A stretch of DNA of 63,867 nt, filler included, from an uncultured Methanosarcinales archaeon (GTDB lineage Archaea > Nanobdellota > Nanobdellia > Woesearchaeales > CAYXTQ01), in the NCBI GenBank assembly GCA_964608065.1. It is 8 parts of 8 records of this genome, joined end to end, with 100 filler letters (N's around TTAATTAATTAA, not from the genome) between each part and the next. Parts side by side here need not be neighbours in the genome. Positions count along the whole stretch, not along the records: positions 8,954 to 17,687 come from CAZSMA010000061.1; positions 17,788 to 26,470 come from CAZSMA010000062.1; 6 more parts are not named here. One strand, written 5' to 3'. Below the pieces are notes generated by a model, which worked only from the letters and a program-made list of their open reading frames with translations, ran no database searches and was not told the origin of the DNA. Made by a program: the position numbers and the translations under genes. Positions 10,557 through 21,214 of this stretch are shown here, piece by piece. Numbering within the stretch: the first letter of the stretch is position 1; each line of letters begins with the position of its first letter.

Positions 10557-13500
10557 TTATATTACAGTAATATATCTGTGTTTGACTCTTCTAATATTAT
10601 CATTACTTATGACAATTCTTAAATCATATTCTCCTGGCTGGACCCAAGAAGGAATGTCTACAAGTATTTTCTTAGTAACTTGCTTGTTATTTAAGTCAAA
10701 TCTTCCAACGCTTTTGTATATTCCAAGTTCTGGAATAGTGATACTGACTTTTATTTCATTTGATTTGACATTTCCAGTACCTTCAAGAGTAACATAAACT
10801 GGAAGTACGTCTCCAGCTCTAACTATTTCGTTGTTTAATCTTATTCTTCCAACATGTATTGCTTCATATGGTTTTTCTCTTACTCTTATTGTGATTGTTT
10901 TTGTAACAGTAAATAATCCATCAGATATTGTTACTGTTACAGTATATGTTCCCCTGTCTCCTATGTTGGTTTGCCATATTCCATCAGAACCAACTGGTTG
11001 TGAAATTGTAAGATATAATATATCATTATCAGCATCAGATACTTTTGGATCAATTACAACAGTTTCTCCTTCTATGACTGTAATGTCATGTACTTCAAGT
11101 TCTGGCTGGTGTTCACAAACATCTCCAATATCATCATTGTCTAAATCTTCCTGGTTTGGATTGTAAATATCAGGGCAATTGTCTATGTTGTCATTGAATC
11201 CATCGTTGTCAGAGTCATCTGGATATGTATCACATACATCTCCAATACTGTCTGAATCTGAGTCTGTCTGTGAAGGATTATAATTATCAGGACAATTATC
11301 GTTTTCATCAGCAATTCCATCTTGGTCTTTGTCATTGTCTAAAGTATCTGGATTACAGTCATCATCTAAGAGGTTATTTGGGACTTCTGTTTGTCCAGGG
11401 TTTATTGCAGCATTTTTATCATTACAGTCTTGTAAGTGGTTGTAACCATCGTTGTCTATGTCTGTTAAATCTTGTCCATTGCAATCTTCGTCTACTCCGT
11501 CATAAGGTGTTTCTGGAGCTCCTGGGTAGATTGTATTATCATTGTCATTGCAATCTGTAGTGTGGTCATAGCCGTCGTTGTCTACATCTGTTAAGTCTTG
11601 TCCATTGCAATCTTCGTCTATTCCGTTGTAGGGCGTTTCTGGAGCTCCTGGGTAAATGTTTTTGTCATAATCATTACAGTCAGATATGTGGTCATAAAAA
11701 TCATCATCAACGTCTGTTAAATCTTTTCTATTGCAATCTTCATCTATTCCATTGTAGGGTATTTCTGTTGCTCCTGGGTAGATTGCGTGATTATTATCAT
11801 CACAATCTTCAGTTAAATCGTAGCCGTCATTATCTACATCTGTTAAGTCTTCATTGTTGCAGTCCTGGTCTATGTTGTCATAAGGGATTTCTATTGCTTC
11901 TGGGTAGATTGTATTATCATTGTCATTGCAATCTGTAGTGTGGTCATAGCCGTCGTTGTCTACATCTGTTAAGTCTTGTCCATTGCAATCTTCGTCTATT
12001 CCGTTGTAGGGCGTTTCTGGAGCTCCTGGGTAGATTGTATTATCATTGTCATTGCAATCATTATTTGTTGTTGAATCATAATTACTATCAGCAGAGCATA
12101 AGCACCTACTTGTTGTAGTTCCATAATTATCATTATCATTATCTAGATAATAATAAGTACATGATAAGGAGTTTTCTTCATCAACTTCGGTATTGCAGTT
12201 ATCATCTATGTTGTTACATGTTTCTGTTGCTGCAGGGTTGATGTCTGCATTATTATCATTACAGTCATTATTTCCATTAGGACATGCATCAGATATTACA
12301 TAACCTATGCTGCTGTCGCAATAATCATCATTATCATCATCACATCCTTCATCTATCTGGCCATTGCAGTTATCATCTATATTGTTGCAGATTTCTGTTG
12401 CTGCAGGGTTGATGTCTGCATTATTATCATTACAGTCAGAGTTATCTAATAGGTAATCTTGAGGTTGTGCACATGAATCTTGTGAGACTATATTATTACC
12501 ATAACTGTCAGAATCTGAGTCCTGATAGTAAGTTGTTTTTATGTCTTCATCTATGATTGCATCACAGTCATTATCTAAACTGTCACAGCTTGATTCTTGT
12601 TCTTCATAATTATTAACAGAAGTGTAATCATCTAACCATCCTTGTATTCCTGCGCATGTTTGTTGTGAGCCTTGGCAAACTCCGTCTTGTTTTGAGTTTA
12701 ATGGAGTTGTTAAATCTTCATCTATATTGCTGTCGCAATCATTGTCCAAGCCATCGCATGTTTCAGCAGATGAACCTTCAAATGAGTCACATGTTTGTAC
12801 AACACCTGCTACACAGTTTTGTATTGTGTGTTCACAGACTCCAACACCACACGTAGTTGCTCCAAGGTTTTCATCAACTTCGTTATTGCAGTTATCGTCT
12901 ATGTTGTTGCATGTTTCTGTTGCTGCAGGATTTATATTTGAGTTATTATCATTACAGTCTCCTCCAAAAGGTGTGTAAGTATCATTATCTGTGTCAAAAC
13001 CTTCATCAATATTACTATCACAGTTGTCATCTATTCCATTATCCAGCTCTGTTGCTGCAGGATTTACATCTGCATTATTATCATCGCAATCTTCTGTGTT
13101 ATCATAGCTGTCATTATCATTGTCATTATTTAGAACAGTGATTGTAACTTCTTCTGATGTGTTTAGTTCTCCATCAGATACTGTAATTAGAATTGTAACT
13201 GTTTCTCCATCACTGAAGCCTGTCTGCCATGTAAACATAAAAAAGTTTTGTGTGAATCTAGTATCGTTAATGTAGAATATTAAATTGTTAGGATCTGTTT
13301 CTTCGTCTGTTGCAATTGCAACTATTAAAACAGTGTCTTTTTCATTTACTGTGATGTCAGAAATTGGATCTAGTATTGGCGGATCATTTATATTTATAGA
13401 AAGTGTATAGTTGTTTTCAGCAAATCCTACATTATCGTATTCATCAATACATCCTATGTTCCAGTTAATTACACTGTTGTCTGGAATGTTGTTTACTATA

Positions 13501-15779
13501 AAGGTTCCTTCAACATAGTCGTTGTTTATGAGCAGTGTTTCTTTTATTTCAAAGATTCCAGTAAGATCTGTGTATAAAGAACAGTTGGTTATGTTTTGGT
13601 TGGTTGCGTTAAATGTAAATTCAACATTACCATCATTATCTTCACTATTATCTGCTGGGCTGATTAATTTAACAATTGGATTATCTAGATCTGCTTCATT
13701 GTTTAAAGAGTAAGTGCAATAGTTTTTGAACCAGTCTTCATTATCAATATCTGTATCATGTCCATTAGGCAATCTTGCTATACATTCGTCATCAGTACTT
13801 GAAGCATTTACCCCTTCTTCCTTGTAAGCATTATCTGATAAAATTCCATCATTTAAGTTTCCGTATGTAACTCTGTCAACTTCAATGTTGTTGTAGTATA
13901 ATATAATTTGTCCTGCAGAATATTGGATTGAAGCGTCAGGATCTAATAAAATAAAATAATCATTTGAATTTAAAGTTCCGCTTAAGCTATGATTTGTAAA
14001 ATCAAATGTTCCTAAACTTACTTTCCAATTATCTAAGTTAACGTCATAATCTGATGGATTGTAAAGTTCAATCCATCTGTCATTTGTGTTTATATTGCCA
14101 TTGTTGTTCCAGTCTTGTTGTGGGTCTAGAACAAATTCATTAAGCATTATTTTAGGCATAACATTTACAGTTGCTTGCTTTGAAGCTTCAAATTCTCCAT
14201 CTGAAACTGTTATTGTTGCTGTTAAGGTTGTTCCTGCGTCTTCTAAAGCAGTTTGCCATGTGAAAATGTTGTTAGATTGTATGAATTTAGGATTATTTAT
14301 TTGATAAGTTAATGTATCTCCATCAACGTCTATTGCGGTTGCAGTTATGGTTGCTAAGTGTGTTGCAACTACATCTATTTCTGTAAAATCTTCTAAATTT
14401 GGAGCATCATTTTGACAGTTTTGATCTATATTGTCTAGTATTTCTGTAGCTCCTGGGTAGATTGTTGAGTCTAAGTCATTACAATCTTCTGTTTTATTGT
14501 AGCCATCATTATCATAATCATTTAGATATGGGTCGCAAGCATCTCCAATGTTGTCATTATCTTCATCTTCTTGGTTTGGATTGTAGGTATTAGGACAGTT
14601 GTCATCCACAGTTTCAATTCCGTCTTGATCAGGATCATCATCTAAAGTTAATGGGTTGCAGTCATCATCTATTCCATTATTTTGTATTTCTGTTTGTCCT
14701 GGGTTGATGTTTGGATCATTATCATTGCAATCTTCAGTTAAGTTGTAGCCGTCATTATCTACATCTGTTAAGTCTTCATTGTTGCAGTCCTGGTCTATGT
14801 TGTCATAAGGGATTTCTATTGATCCTGGGTAGATTGTGTTGTCATTGTCATTGCAATCATCTGCTTGTGTGGCTGTATAAAGATTATCTCCAAAACATAA
14901 GCATTTATTATCAGTTATACCATAAGTATCTTGATCAAAATCATAATAATAAGTAGTGCAGCTTAATGCATTTTCTTCATCAATTTGGTTGTTGCAGTTA
15001 TCGTCTATTCCATTACATGATTCTGTTGCTGCAGGGTTTACATCTGCGTTAGTATCATCGCAGTCTTGTTCTTCATGATAACCATCATTGTCAGAATCTT
15101 CACCATAAGCTGCCCATAAAGCGCAGTTTTCAAACAATGTTTTAGCATCGTTTGTCCAATGATCTGATTCAGTTATTCCGAAAAAACATCCACGAGCTTG
15201 TACAACTGTTCCACCATATAATACATCTCCTGGTTCTGCTATTCCAATTATAGCATCTAAATTATAAGATGTTGTTGAAGTAACTGTTAATATATCTTGA
15301 TCTTTGCCAGACCTATGTAAATAATAAACAGGTAATCCAAGATTACTTTGATCATAACAGCATTGATTATATATTTGAATTGTAGAGGGTAAGCCATTTG
15401 TGATTGAATTAGATACTTGGTTATTTGCTTTTAGAGGTTGGTTTGAAGACATAACACTGATACCATTAGTATCAGTCCATGACCAATCATTCATATGATT
15501 ATAGTTAACTATAACAGAAGGATATTGATTAACCGGGATAATATTTGGGTCTTGGAAGTTTTCGTCTCCAACTAATATTAAATCATAATTAGAGAAATCT
15601 GTCTGAGCTACATTAGAATATTGAATTTGAGTTACTGTAAAACCTTTATCTGTTAAAGTGTTTATAAGATTTTGATCTAGTTTTAAGCTGCTTCTGTAGA
15701 TATATGCTACATCACCTGCTGCTACTAAAGTGCTTGTTAAAATAATACAAAAAATAAAGATTAATATATTCTTTCTCAT
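10557..15779 (-). CDS. 1740-aa secreted surface protein: MopE-like metal-binding repeats, thrombospondin type 3 repeats, lamin-tail domain, Ig/cadherin-like domains
   Basis: Many DCNDNDNTIYPGAPE..NGIDEDC units; DNCPDNYNPSQTD; IMLNEF..WIELYNP; signal peptide. Confidence 0.9.
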   Translation of the reverse strand: MRKNILIFIFCIILTSTLVAAGDVAYIYRSSLKLDQNLINTLTDKGFTVTQIQYSNVAQTDFSNYDLILVGDENFQDPNIIPVNQYPSVIVNYNHMNDWSWTDTNGISVMSSNQPLKANNQVSNSITNGLPSTIQIYNQCCYDQSNLGLPVYYLHRSGKDQDILTVTSTTSYNLDAIIGIAEPGDVLYGGTVVQARGCFFGITESDHWTNDAKTLFENCALWAAYGEDSDNDGYHEEQDCDDTNADVNPAATESCNGIDDNCNNQIDEENALSCTTYYYDFDQDTYGITDNKCLCFGDNLYTATQADDCNDNDNTIYPGSIEIPYDNIDQDCNNEDLTDVDNDGYNLTEDCNDNDPNINPGQTEIQNNGIDDDCNPLTLDDDPDQDGIETVDDNCPNTYNPNQEDEDNDNIGDACDPYLNDYDNDGYNKTEDCNDLDSTIYPGATEILDNIDQNCQNDAPNLEDFTEIDVVATHLATITATAIDVDGDTLTYQINNPKFIQSNNIFTWQTALEDAGTTLTATITVSDGEFEASKQATVNVMPKIMLNEFVLDPQQDWNNNGNINTNDRWIELYNPSDYDVNLDNWKVSLGTFDFTNHSLSGTLNSNDYFILLDPDASIQYSAGQIILYYNNIEVDRVTYGNLNDGILSDNAYKEEGVNASSTDDECIARLPNGHDTDIDNEDWFKNYCTYSLNNEADLDNPIVKLISPADNSEDNDGNVEFTFNATNQNITNCSLYTDLTGIFEIKETLLINNDYVEGTFIVNNIPDNSVINWNIGCIDEYDNVGFAENNYTLSININDPPILDPISDITVNEKDTVLIVAIATDEETDPNNLIFYINDTRFTQNFFMFTWQTGFSDGETVTILITVSDGELNTSEEVTITVLNNDNDNDSYDNTEDCDDNNADVNPAATELDNGIDDNCDSNIDEGFDTDNDTYTPFGGDCNDNNSNINPAATETCNNIDDNCNNEVDENLGATTCGVGVCEHTIQNCVAGVVQTCDSFEGSSAETCDGLDNDCDSNIDEDLTTPLNSKQDGVCQGSQQTCAGIQGWLDDYTSVNNYEEQESSCDSLDNDCDAIIDEDIKTTYYQDSDSDSYGNNIVSQDSCAQPQDYLLDNSDCNDNNADINPAATEICNNIDDNCNGQIDEGCDDDNDDYCDSSIGYVISDACPNGNNDCNDNNADINPAATETCNNIDDNCNTEVDEENSLSCTYYYLDNDNDNYGTTTSRCLCSADSNYDSTTNNDCNDNDNTIYPGAPETPYNGIDEDCNGQDLTDVDNDGYDHTTDCNDNDNTIYPEAIEIPYDNIDQDCNNEDLTDVDNDGYDLTEDCDDNNHAIYPGATEIPYNGIDEDCNRKDLTDVDDDFYDHISDCNDYDKNIYPGAPETPYNGIDEDCNGQDLTDVDNDGYDHTTDCNDNDNTIYPGAPETPYDGVDEDCNGQDLTDIDNDGYNHLQDCNDKNAAINPGQTEVPNNLLDDDCNPDTLDNDKDQDGIADENDNCPDNYNPSQTDSDSDSIGDVCDTYPDDSDNDGFNDNIDNCPDIYNPNQEDLDNDDIGDVCEHQPELEVHDITVIEGETVVIDPKVSDADNDILYLTISQPVGSDGIWQTNIGDRGTYTVTVTISDGLFTVTKTITIRVREKPYEAIHVGRIRLNNEIVRAGDVLPVYVTLEGTGNVKSNEIKVSITIPELGIYKSVGRFDLNNKQVTKKILVDIPSWVQPGEYDLRIVISNDNIRRVKHRYITVI

Positions 15780-16435
15780 CTTTTTTTTAGCACCAACATA
15801 AGAACTAAGGCTATGATTACACCTACAACAACAATTATTGCAACTATTAATATTCCAACTAAAGGATTAGCTTTTTCTTTTTCTTCTTTTGGAACTTTGC
15901 CTCCAAGTCCTATTGTGATTTCTTCTTCTTCTGTCTCTTCTTCTTCCTCAACTTCTTCTTCAGGTGTTTCTTCTTCTGTCTCTTCTTCTGTTGTTTCTTC
16001 TTCAGTTTCCTGGTCTCTATTTGGATCTTCAGGACCTTCTGCAATTATGATTATAGTTGAGCTTAAACCTACTCCTGGGCTGTCTTCTGCTGAAAAGCCA
16101 ACTCCAATTTGTCCTTGGTAAGTTCCTCCATATTCTAATCTTATTATGAAAACTGCATCTTTTGATTCTCCTGGCTCTAAAGTAAAAGATTCATCTAATA
16201 ATTCTGCAATAAACCTCATATCTCCTTGAGGTTCTAATGTTATTTCAACAGGAACATCATTTACATTATTAATACGAACATATTTTTCAATAACTGTTGT
16301 TTCTCCTTCTTCAACTTCTGTACGGATTATCATTCTTGCGTTTCCTATAGAAGCAGTTAAAGCGTTTGCTAATGGTAGAAGTAAGAATAGAGCTGTTAAA
16401 CAAATTAATATTTTCTTCATATAAAGCACCCCCAA
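15776..16435 (-). CDS. Membrane-anchored Ig-like protein with acidic linker
   Basis: Signal peptide, E-rich linker, C-terminal TM; coupled to the large gene. Confidence 0.8.
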   Translation of the reverse strand: MGVLYMKKILICLTALFLLLPLANALTASIGNARMIIRTEVEEGETTVIEKYVRINNVNDVPVEITLEPQGDMRFIAELLDESFTLEPGESKDAVFIIRLEYGGTYQGQIGVGFSAEDSPGVGLSSTIIIIAEGPEDPNRDQETEEETTEEETEEETPEEEVEEEEETEEEEITIGLGGKVPKEEKEKANPLVGILIVAIIVVVGVIIALVLMLVLKKR

Positions 16436-16811
16436 TATTTATTGCTTATAAGTAATTTTTATGTTGTACTACTTTCAACTGATTAATGAGAATGGTAGTT
16501 GCATATATAAACAAGATTGTAGCAGATTACAGAAATGCTTTTAAAAGAAAGGTGTGACCACCAGTTGTAGACGATAATTTTGGTTTTTTTAAGTACCACT
16601 AATATGTATTTTTTATCATACAAATATATATAAATGAATTTTTTATCAGTAGTTTGGGACGACTGTTTTGTCGACGATAAAATAAATTAAGGAAAATGAG
16701 TTAGAATTGGTTACTGTTTTGTGTCTAAACATAAATAAAAGAATTAATTACTGTTTTAGAATGGTTTTAAGGCTGTTTTTTGATGTGTGAGTGGTTAAAA
16801 AATTGGTAAAA

Positions 16812-16843
<32 letters not shown>

Positions 16844-16880
16844 TTAAAATAAAATATTTTTTAATTTTTTATGAAAAACC

Positions 16881-17531
16881 TTAAAATTTTTTTGTAGTAG
16901 GTATATAGTCAACACCGATCTGCCTATAAACTGCAGAGATAAAATCTTCCTCAAAATACCTTGTTAGACTATGAGGGTTTACTTTTTTGAGTTTACCTAC
17001 AGTAGTGTGAGCTATTTTTTCAATACCATTAACATTAATATATGTAACTGCATCTTGTAAATCTTCTTCCGAAATTTTTTGTTTACCTGGAAAAAGAGAA
17101 TTAAACAATAGTAAAGATGCTTCCAACGCAGGAGTAATTTTAATATCAATGCATTTTAATACTTCATCTGGTAAAAAAGCACTTAAACCATCGTAATCTG
17201 CTTTTCTTAATTCTTCCAGAAGTCCTGGATCTATTATTCTAAAGAAATTTAAAGGATTTGTTCTCAAATCAAGCATTTCTCTTGTATATTTTCCTTCAGG
17301 AAATAAAAATTCAATTGTTCTCTTGCTTAGCTCATGTTCATGAGAATACCTAAGAATTGGATTATAAATAAATTTAGTTGTTAAGGGTTTAGTAGTTTGA
17401 TCAAACAAAATCGGATAATCTTCTATTACTTTTGTCGGAAGAGGTTTATCAACTACATCTTTTTCGCCATCTTTTTTCTGCGATTCAATTAATCGTTCTA
17501 AATACGATTTTGATATGTTTTTAGGTGACAT
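16881..17531 (-). CDS. Hypothetical protein
   Basis: 216-aa ORF with upstream CGAAAGG-TTTAAATA promoter. Confidence 0.7.
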   Translation of the reverse strand: MSPKNISKSYLERLIESQKKDGEKDVVDKPLPTKVIEDYPILFDQTTKPLTTKFIYNPILRYSHEHELSKRTIEFLFPEGKYTREMLDLRTNPLNFFRIIDPGLLEELRKADYDGLSAFLPDEVLKCIDIKITPALEASLLLFNSLFPGKQKISEEDLQDAVTYINVNGIEKIAHTTVGKLKKVNPHSLTRYFEEDFISAVYRQIGVDYIPTTKKF

Positions 17532-17934
17532 CTTAATTAAGGCAAATTATACCTACTATTTAAACCTTTCGTTATTGTAGTTACTAGTAAAAAGTAACTA
17601 AATATTTTTTGAGAATAAAGGAAATAAAAAAAAAAAAAAAAAAAATTTTTTTTTTTTTTTTAAAACGGGGATATAATAATTTAAAATNNNNNNNNNNNNN
17701 NNNNNNNNNNNNNNNNNNNNNNNNNNNNNNNTTAATTAATTAANNNNNNNNNNNNNNNNNNNNNNNNNNNNNNNNNNNNNNNNNNNNATCGTTTGGAAAT
17801 TGAAAATTTCCAAAAGTTTTTATAGTTCATTAAATTAATTTGTATAAAATTGAAAATAAAATTTTTGTAAAACAGAATTCAATAAAAAAAAAAAATCGAT
17901 ATCAAAATTGATTAAAATTAAATACTGATCCAAA

Positions 17935-18573
17935 ATGAGTAAAAAATTGTCCAAATCTAGGTTGGGTATCCTATTAAGTGATTTAAAAGGGTTTTCTGAG
18001 CCTAATGTGAGAGTAGAGCAGTATAGTACAGATCCAGAGATAGCAGCAGAAGTATTATGGAATATGATATTTTTGGATAAAATTGAAGGAAAAGTGAGTG
18101 CTGATTTTGGTAGTGGAACTGGTATATTGGGCTTAGGAATGCTTATTTTAGGGGCTAAAAAGGTGTATTTTGTGGATATTGATAGTAAGGCTATAGAAAT
18201 AGCTAAAAATAACTATAAAACTCTGAAAAGTGAGGGTTTAATTAAAGGTGTTGGGGTGTTTAAACATATGGATATTAGCAAGTTTAATGAGAAATGTGAG
18301 CTGTTATTGCAAAATCCTCCTTTTGGGGTAAAAGTGAGACATGCTGATAAGGTGTTTTTAGAGCATGCTGTCAAGATAAGTCCAATAATATATAGTTTTC
18401 ATAAAAGTGAGGGAAAAGGGTTTATTCAAGGGTTTTGTGAGGATAAGGGGTTTAATATAACGCACAAGTGGGATTTCAGCTGGCCTTTGAAGCAAACTTT
18501 GAAGTTTCACAGGAAAAGGATATATAGGATAAAAGTGAGTTGTTTTAGACTCGAGAAGGAGAAAACTATATAA
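17935..18573 (+). CDS. METTL5-family RNA methyltransferase
   Basis: EQYSTD, DFGSGTGILG, QNPPFG. Confidence 0.9.
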   Translation: MSKKLSKSRLGILLSDLKGFSEPNVRVEQYSTDPEIAAEVLWNMIFLDKIEGKVSADFGSGTGILGLGMLILGAKKVYFVDIDSKAIEIAKNNYKTLKSEGLIKGVGVFKHMDISKFNEKCELLLQNPPFGVKVRHADKVFLEHAVKISPIIYSFHKSEGKGFIQGFCEDKGFNITHKWDFSWPLKQTLKFHRKRIYRIKVSCFRLEKEKTI

Positions 18574-18609
18574 ATAAGCGATTTATCCTGCAAGTGAGGT
18601 GTTTTTATA

Positions 18610-18888
18610 ATGGAGATGAAAATTGTCGAGGAGGGAAAAAATAAGTTAGTGTTTGAATTAACTAAAGTTAGTCATGGTTTTTGTAATATTCTTAAAGATC
18701 AGTTATGGAAAGGTGGTCATGTGAAGGTTGCTGCGTATAGAGTAGACCATCCTTTAATTGGAATTCCTACTTTTGTCGTCGAGACAGATGGAAGTATAAG
18801 TCCTAAGAATGTTTTGTTAGCAGCTATCAAGAAGTTAGATGGAGTTGCTGATAAGTTAAAGAAAGAGTTTGCTAAAGAGTTAAAATAA
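18610..18888 (+). CDS. rpoL: Archaeal RNA polymerase subunit L (Rpo11)
   Basis: HGFCNIL..VKVAAYRVDHPL. Confidence 0.92.
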   Translation: MEMKIVEEGKNKLVFELTKVSHGFCNILKDQLWKGGHVKVAAYRVDHPLIGIPTFVVETDGSISPKNVLLAAIKKLDGVADKLKKEFAKELK

Positions 18889-18902
18889 TAAAAAAAAAAA
18901 AA

Positions 18903-19463
18903 ATGTTTAACCAAGAGGATGGTAATAAACTCTTGAATTTAGCGCGAGATTCTATTAAGCTTTTTTTCGACGATAAAGATGTTAAAGTTAAAGATGAAGT
19001 TATGAAGAAATTTTCTGAGAAACAGGGTGTGTTTGTGACTATAACTATAGAAGGAAATCTAAGAGGTTGTATAGGTTATCCTGAAGCTGTATATCCTTTA
19101 TGGGAAGCTGTGCTGAATGCAGCTAGGAGTGCTGCTTTTTCTGATCCTAGATTTGGAGCTTTGACAAAAGAGGAATTTAAGAACATAGATATTGAAATAA
19201 CTGTTTTAACAGTTCCTGAACTTATTGAAGTTAGTAAATCTGAAGAATATTTAGATAAAATTAAGATAGGGGAAGATGGGTTGATTATTAGGAGCAGTAG
19301 GGGTTCTGGGTTATTATTACCTCAGGTTGCTACTGAATATAACTGGGATAGTAAACAGTTTTTAGAACATACTTGTGAAAAAGCAGGGTTAGGTAAAGAT
19401 AGTTGGAAGGAAAAAAGTATACTAGTATATAAGTTTCAAGGTCAGATTTTCAAAGAGGGCTAA
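18903..19463 (+). CDS. AMMECR1 family protein
   Basis: LRGCIG, DPRF, GLLLPQVA, CEKAGL. Confidence 0.93.
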   Translation: MFNQEDGNKLLNLARDSIKLFFDDKDVKVKDEVMKKFSEKQGVFVTITIEGNLRGCIGYPEAVYPLWEAVLNAARSAAFSDPRFGALTKEEFKNIDIEITVLTVPELIEVSKSEEYLDKIKIGEDGLIIRSSRGSGLLLPQVATEYNWDSKQFLEHTCEKAGLGKDSWKEKSILVYKFQGQIFKEG

Positions 19464-19543
19464 TTCTATAGAATTCTGGCAGTACAGAGCCTGTAAAAAT
19501 AGAAAAGTATAAAAATCAGTGGTGCCTACGTTTGTAGGAATAG

Positions 19544-20089
19544 GTGATTTTAGTGGCTTTTATAAGAGTTAAGAAGTTTAAGAGAAAAGATGGCAGTAGG
19601 GTAGAATATGCTTATATTGTAGAGAATAAGAGGTATAAGAGGCAGGGAAAGGTCAGGCAGAAAAGCAAAAAGTATTTGGGCAAAGTGTATAGGTTTGATA
19701 AAGTGGAAAATAGTGAGTTTCTTGAGTTTCATAATATAGAAGATGTTAAAGAATATGTTGGAGATAAGAATCATATAGAGATTATGAATGATGTGTTGAA
19801 ATGGGAGTTAAGTAATCATGGGTTTAAGGAAGATGAAGGGGTGTGGAAAAATAAAGATTGTTTTATGAATATTAAAGATAAAAAGGTTTATAATGAGAAA
19901 GGAAATGATATAGCATTAGCATTTAATGAAGGATTGTTTTGCACTCATAATATAAGGAAGATATATAATTTTAAAGCTACATTCAGTGATGAAGAGTCTG
20001 GCTATAAGTTAGCTAAAGCTTTTGTTGAAGCTGGATTAAAAGTTCCTAAAGAAGTTTTTGTTGGTGTTTATGAGAAGATTGTTGGGTGA
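19544..20089 (+). CDS. Hypothetical basic protein
   Basis: 181-aa ORF; AFIRVKK..YAYIVEN..KYLGK N-terminus. Confidence 0.75.
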   Translation: MILVAFIRVKKFKRKDGSRVEYAYIVENKRYKRQGKVRQKSKKYLGKVYRFDKVENSEFLEFHNIEDVKEYVGDKNHIEIMNDVLKWELSNHGFKEDEGVWKNKDCFMNIKDKKVYNEKGNDIALAFNEGLFCTHNIRKIYNFKATFSDEESGYKLAKAFVEAGLKVPKEVFVGVYEKIVG

Positions 20090-20139
20090 AATTCTTTAAT
20101 GCATCTTATATTATCAAGCTGCATATATACTAGTTTCTT

Positions 20140-21051
20140 TCAACTATACTTTTTTATTGAATCTTTCTTTTCATTCATAATACTAACTATTTTCTCTAAA
20201 GTGTTGCTAGAAAGGACAATGGCATCCATTTGTTTTTCTTTTAAGATTTTTCTTACTCTTTCTGTTGAAGTGTCTAGTTTTTCATTAAGTCCTATCCAAG
20301 ACTGATATTCAATGCCTTCATTGGAGTAAATTACTCTAGAAGAATTGTCTAGTGTGCTTATTTCAACTTTGTCTAAGATAGGCATTATGCCTTTTTCTTG
20401 ATTAAATGCTTCATCATCGCTCCATTTATTAAAAATAGTATGAATTTCATGTTCTTTTGTTATTTTAAGTATATCTCTTATATCTCCTTGGCTGTCTTTA
20501 AATACATGATACAAAGCAGGAATATATCCAGATCCTTCACAGTTAATTTTTCCTTTAAAATATTTCAAAGTTTTTTGGTTTCTGGATGCAAATGCTTCAA
20601 TAGTAGACCCACGTAAAAGAGATAGTTTATCATATAAGGAATTACGAATTGCTTCAATCCTTGGCTTTATTTCATATGGAATCTTACCATATTCTTTACC
20701 ATATTCTTTACCGCTTGTTTTATTAGTAAACTGTACGGGAAGTGTAGGTGTTTGAACTAATTTATATGTATCTGTTTCAAAGGACCATTCAATTTTCGAA
20801 TGATTTCCATTAAAATTACTTAATATGGCTTCTCCTTCTCCAAGGATATCCCTCAACTTAAACCTTGCACTTATGTAGTCTTGCTCAATAAGAATTTCTT
20901 CAGTTTCAATCTGATCTAGGTTATAGCCTGGTAGTTCTTTAGCTATTTCTCTAATGCTTTTTTTTTCACTTTTAGTACACGAAGTTATTGTAGGAACTGA
21001 TGCTCCAGCACTTAGAAACAGTAAATTCTTACCAAATTTTCTTCTATCCAT
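20140..21051 (-). CDS. Hypothetical protein with twin-arginine (lipo)protein-like signal
   Basis: MDRRKFGKNLLF...ITSC. Confidence 0.7.
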   Translation of the reverse strand: MDRRKFGKNLLFLSAGASVPTITSCTKSEKKSIREIAKELPGYNLDQIETEEILIEQDYISARFKLRDILGEGEAILSNFNGNHSKIEWSFETDTYKLVQTPTLPVQFTNKTSGKEYGKEYGKIPYEIKPRIEAIRNSLYDKLSLLRGSTIEAFASRNQKTLKYFKGKINCEGSGYIPALYHVFKDSQGDIRDILKITKEHEIHTIFNKWSDDEAFNQEKGIMPILDKVEISTLDNSSRVIYSNEGIEYQSWIGLNEKLDTSTERVRKILKEKQMDAIVLSSNTLEKIVSIMNEKKDSIKKYS

Positions 21052-21214
21052 TTTTCATCCCCCAATCAAGTATTATTGTGGATTATAATAATGGTATATT
21101 TAAACATTTCTATACTTGAGTACTCTAGAGTACTCTAAGTTTGTATAATGGATTTATTAAAACAAAATAAAAATTCGTAACATTTTTAAAGAATGAATTT
21201 TAACCATATGTAAA

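Noticed and set aside
11400..12060. Periodic repeats as a CRISPR array
   Set aside because: In-frame coding repeats with 126-nt period; no unique spacers and no cas genes
19544..20089. Transposase, from an IS-like N-terminus
   Set aside because: Only 181 aa, no DDE domain or terminal inverted repeats seen
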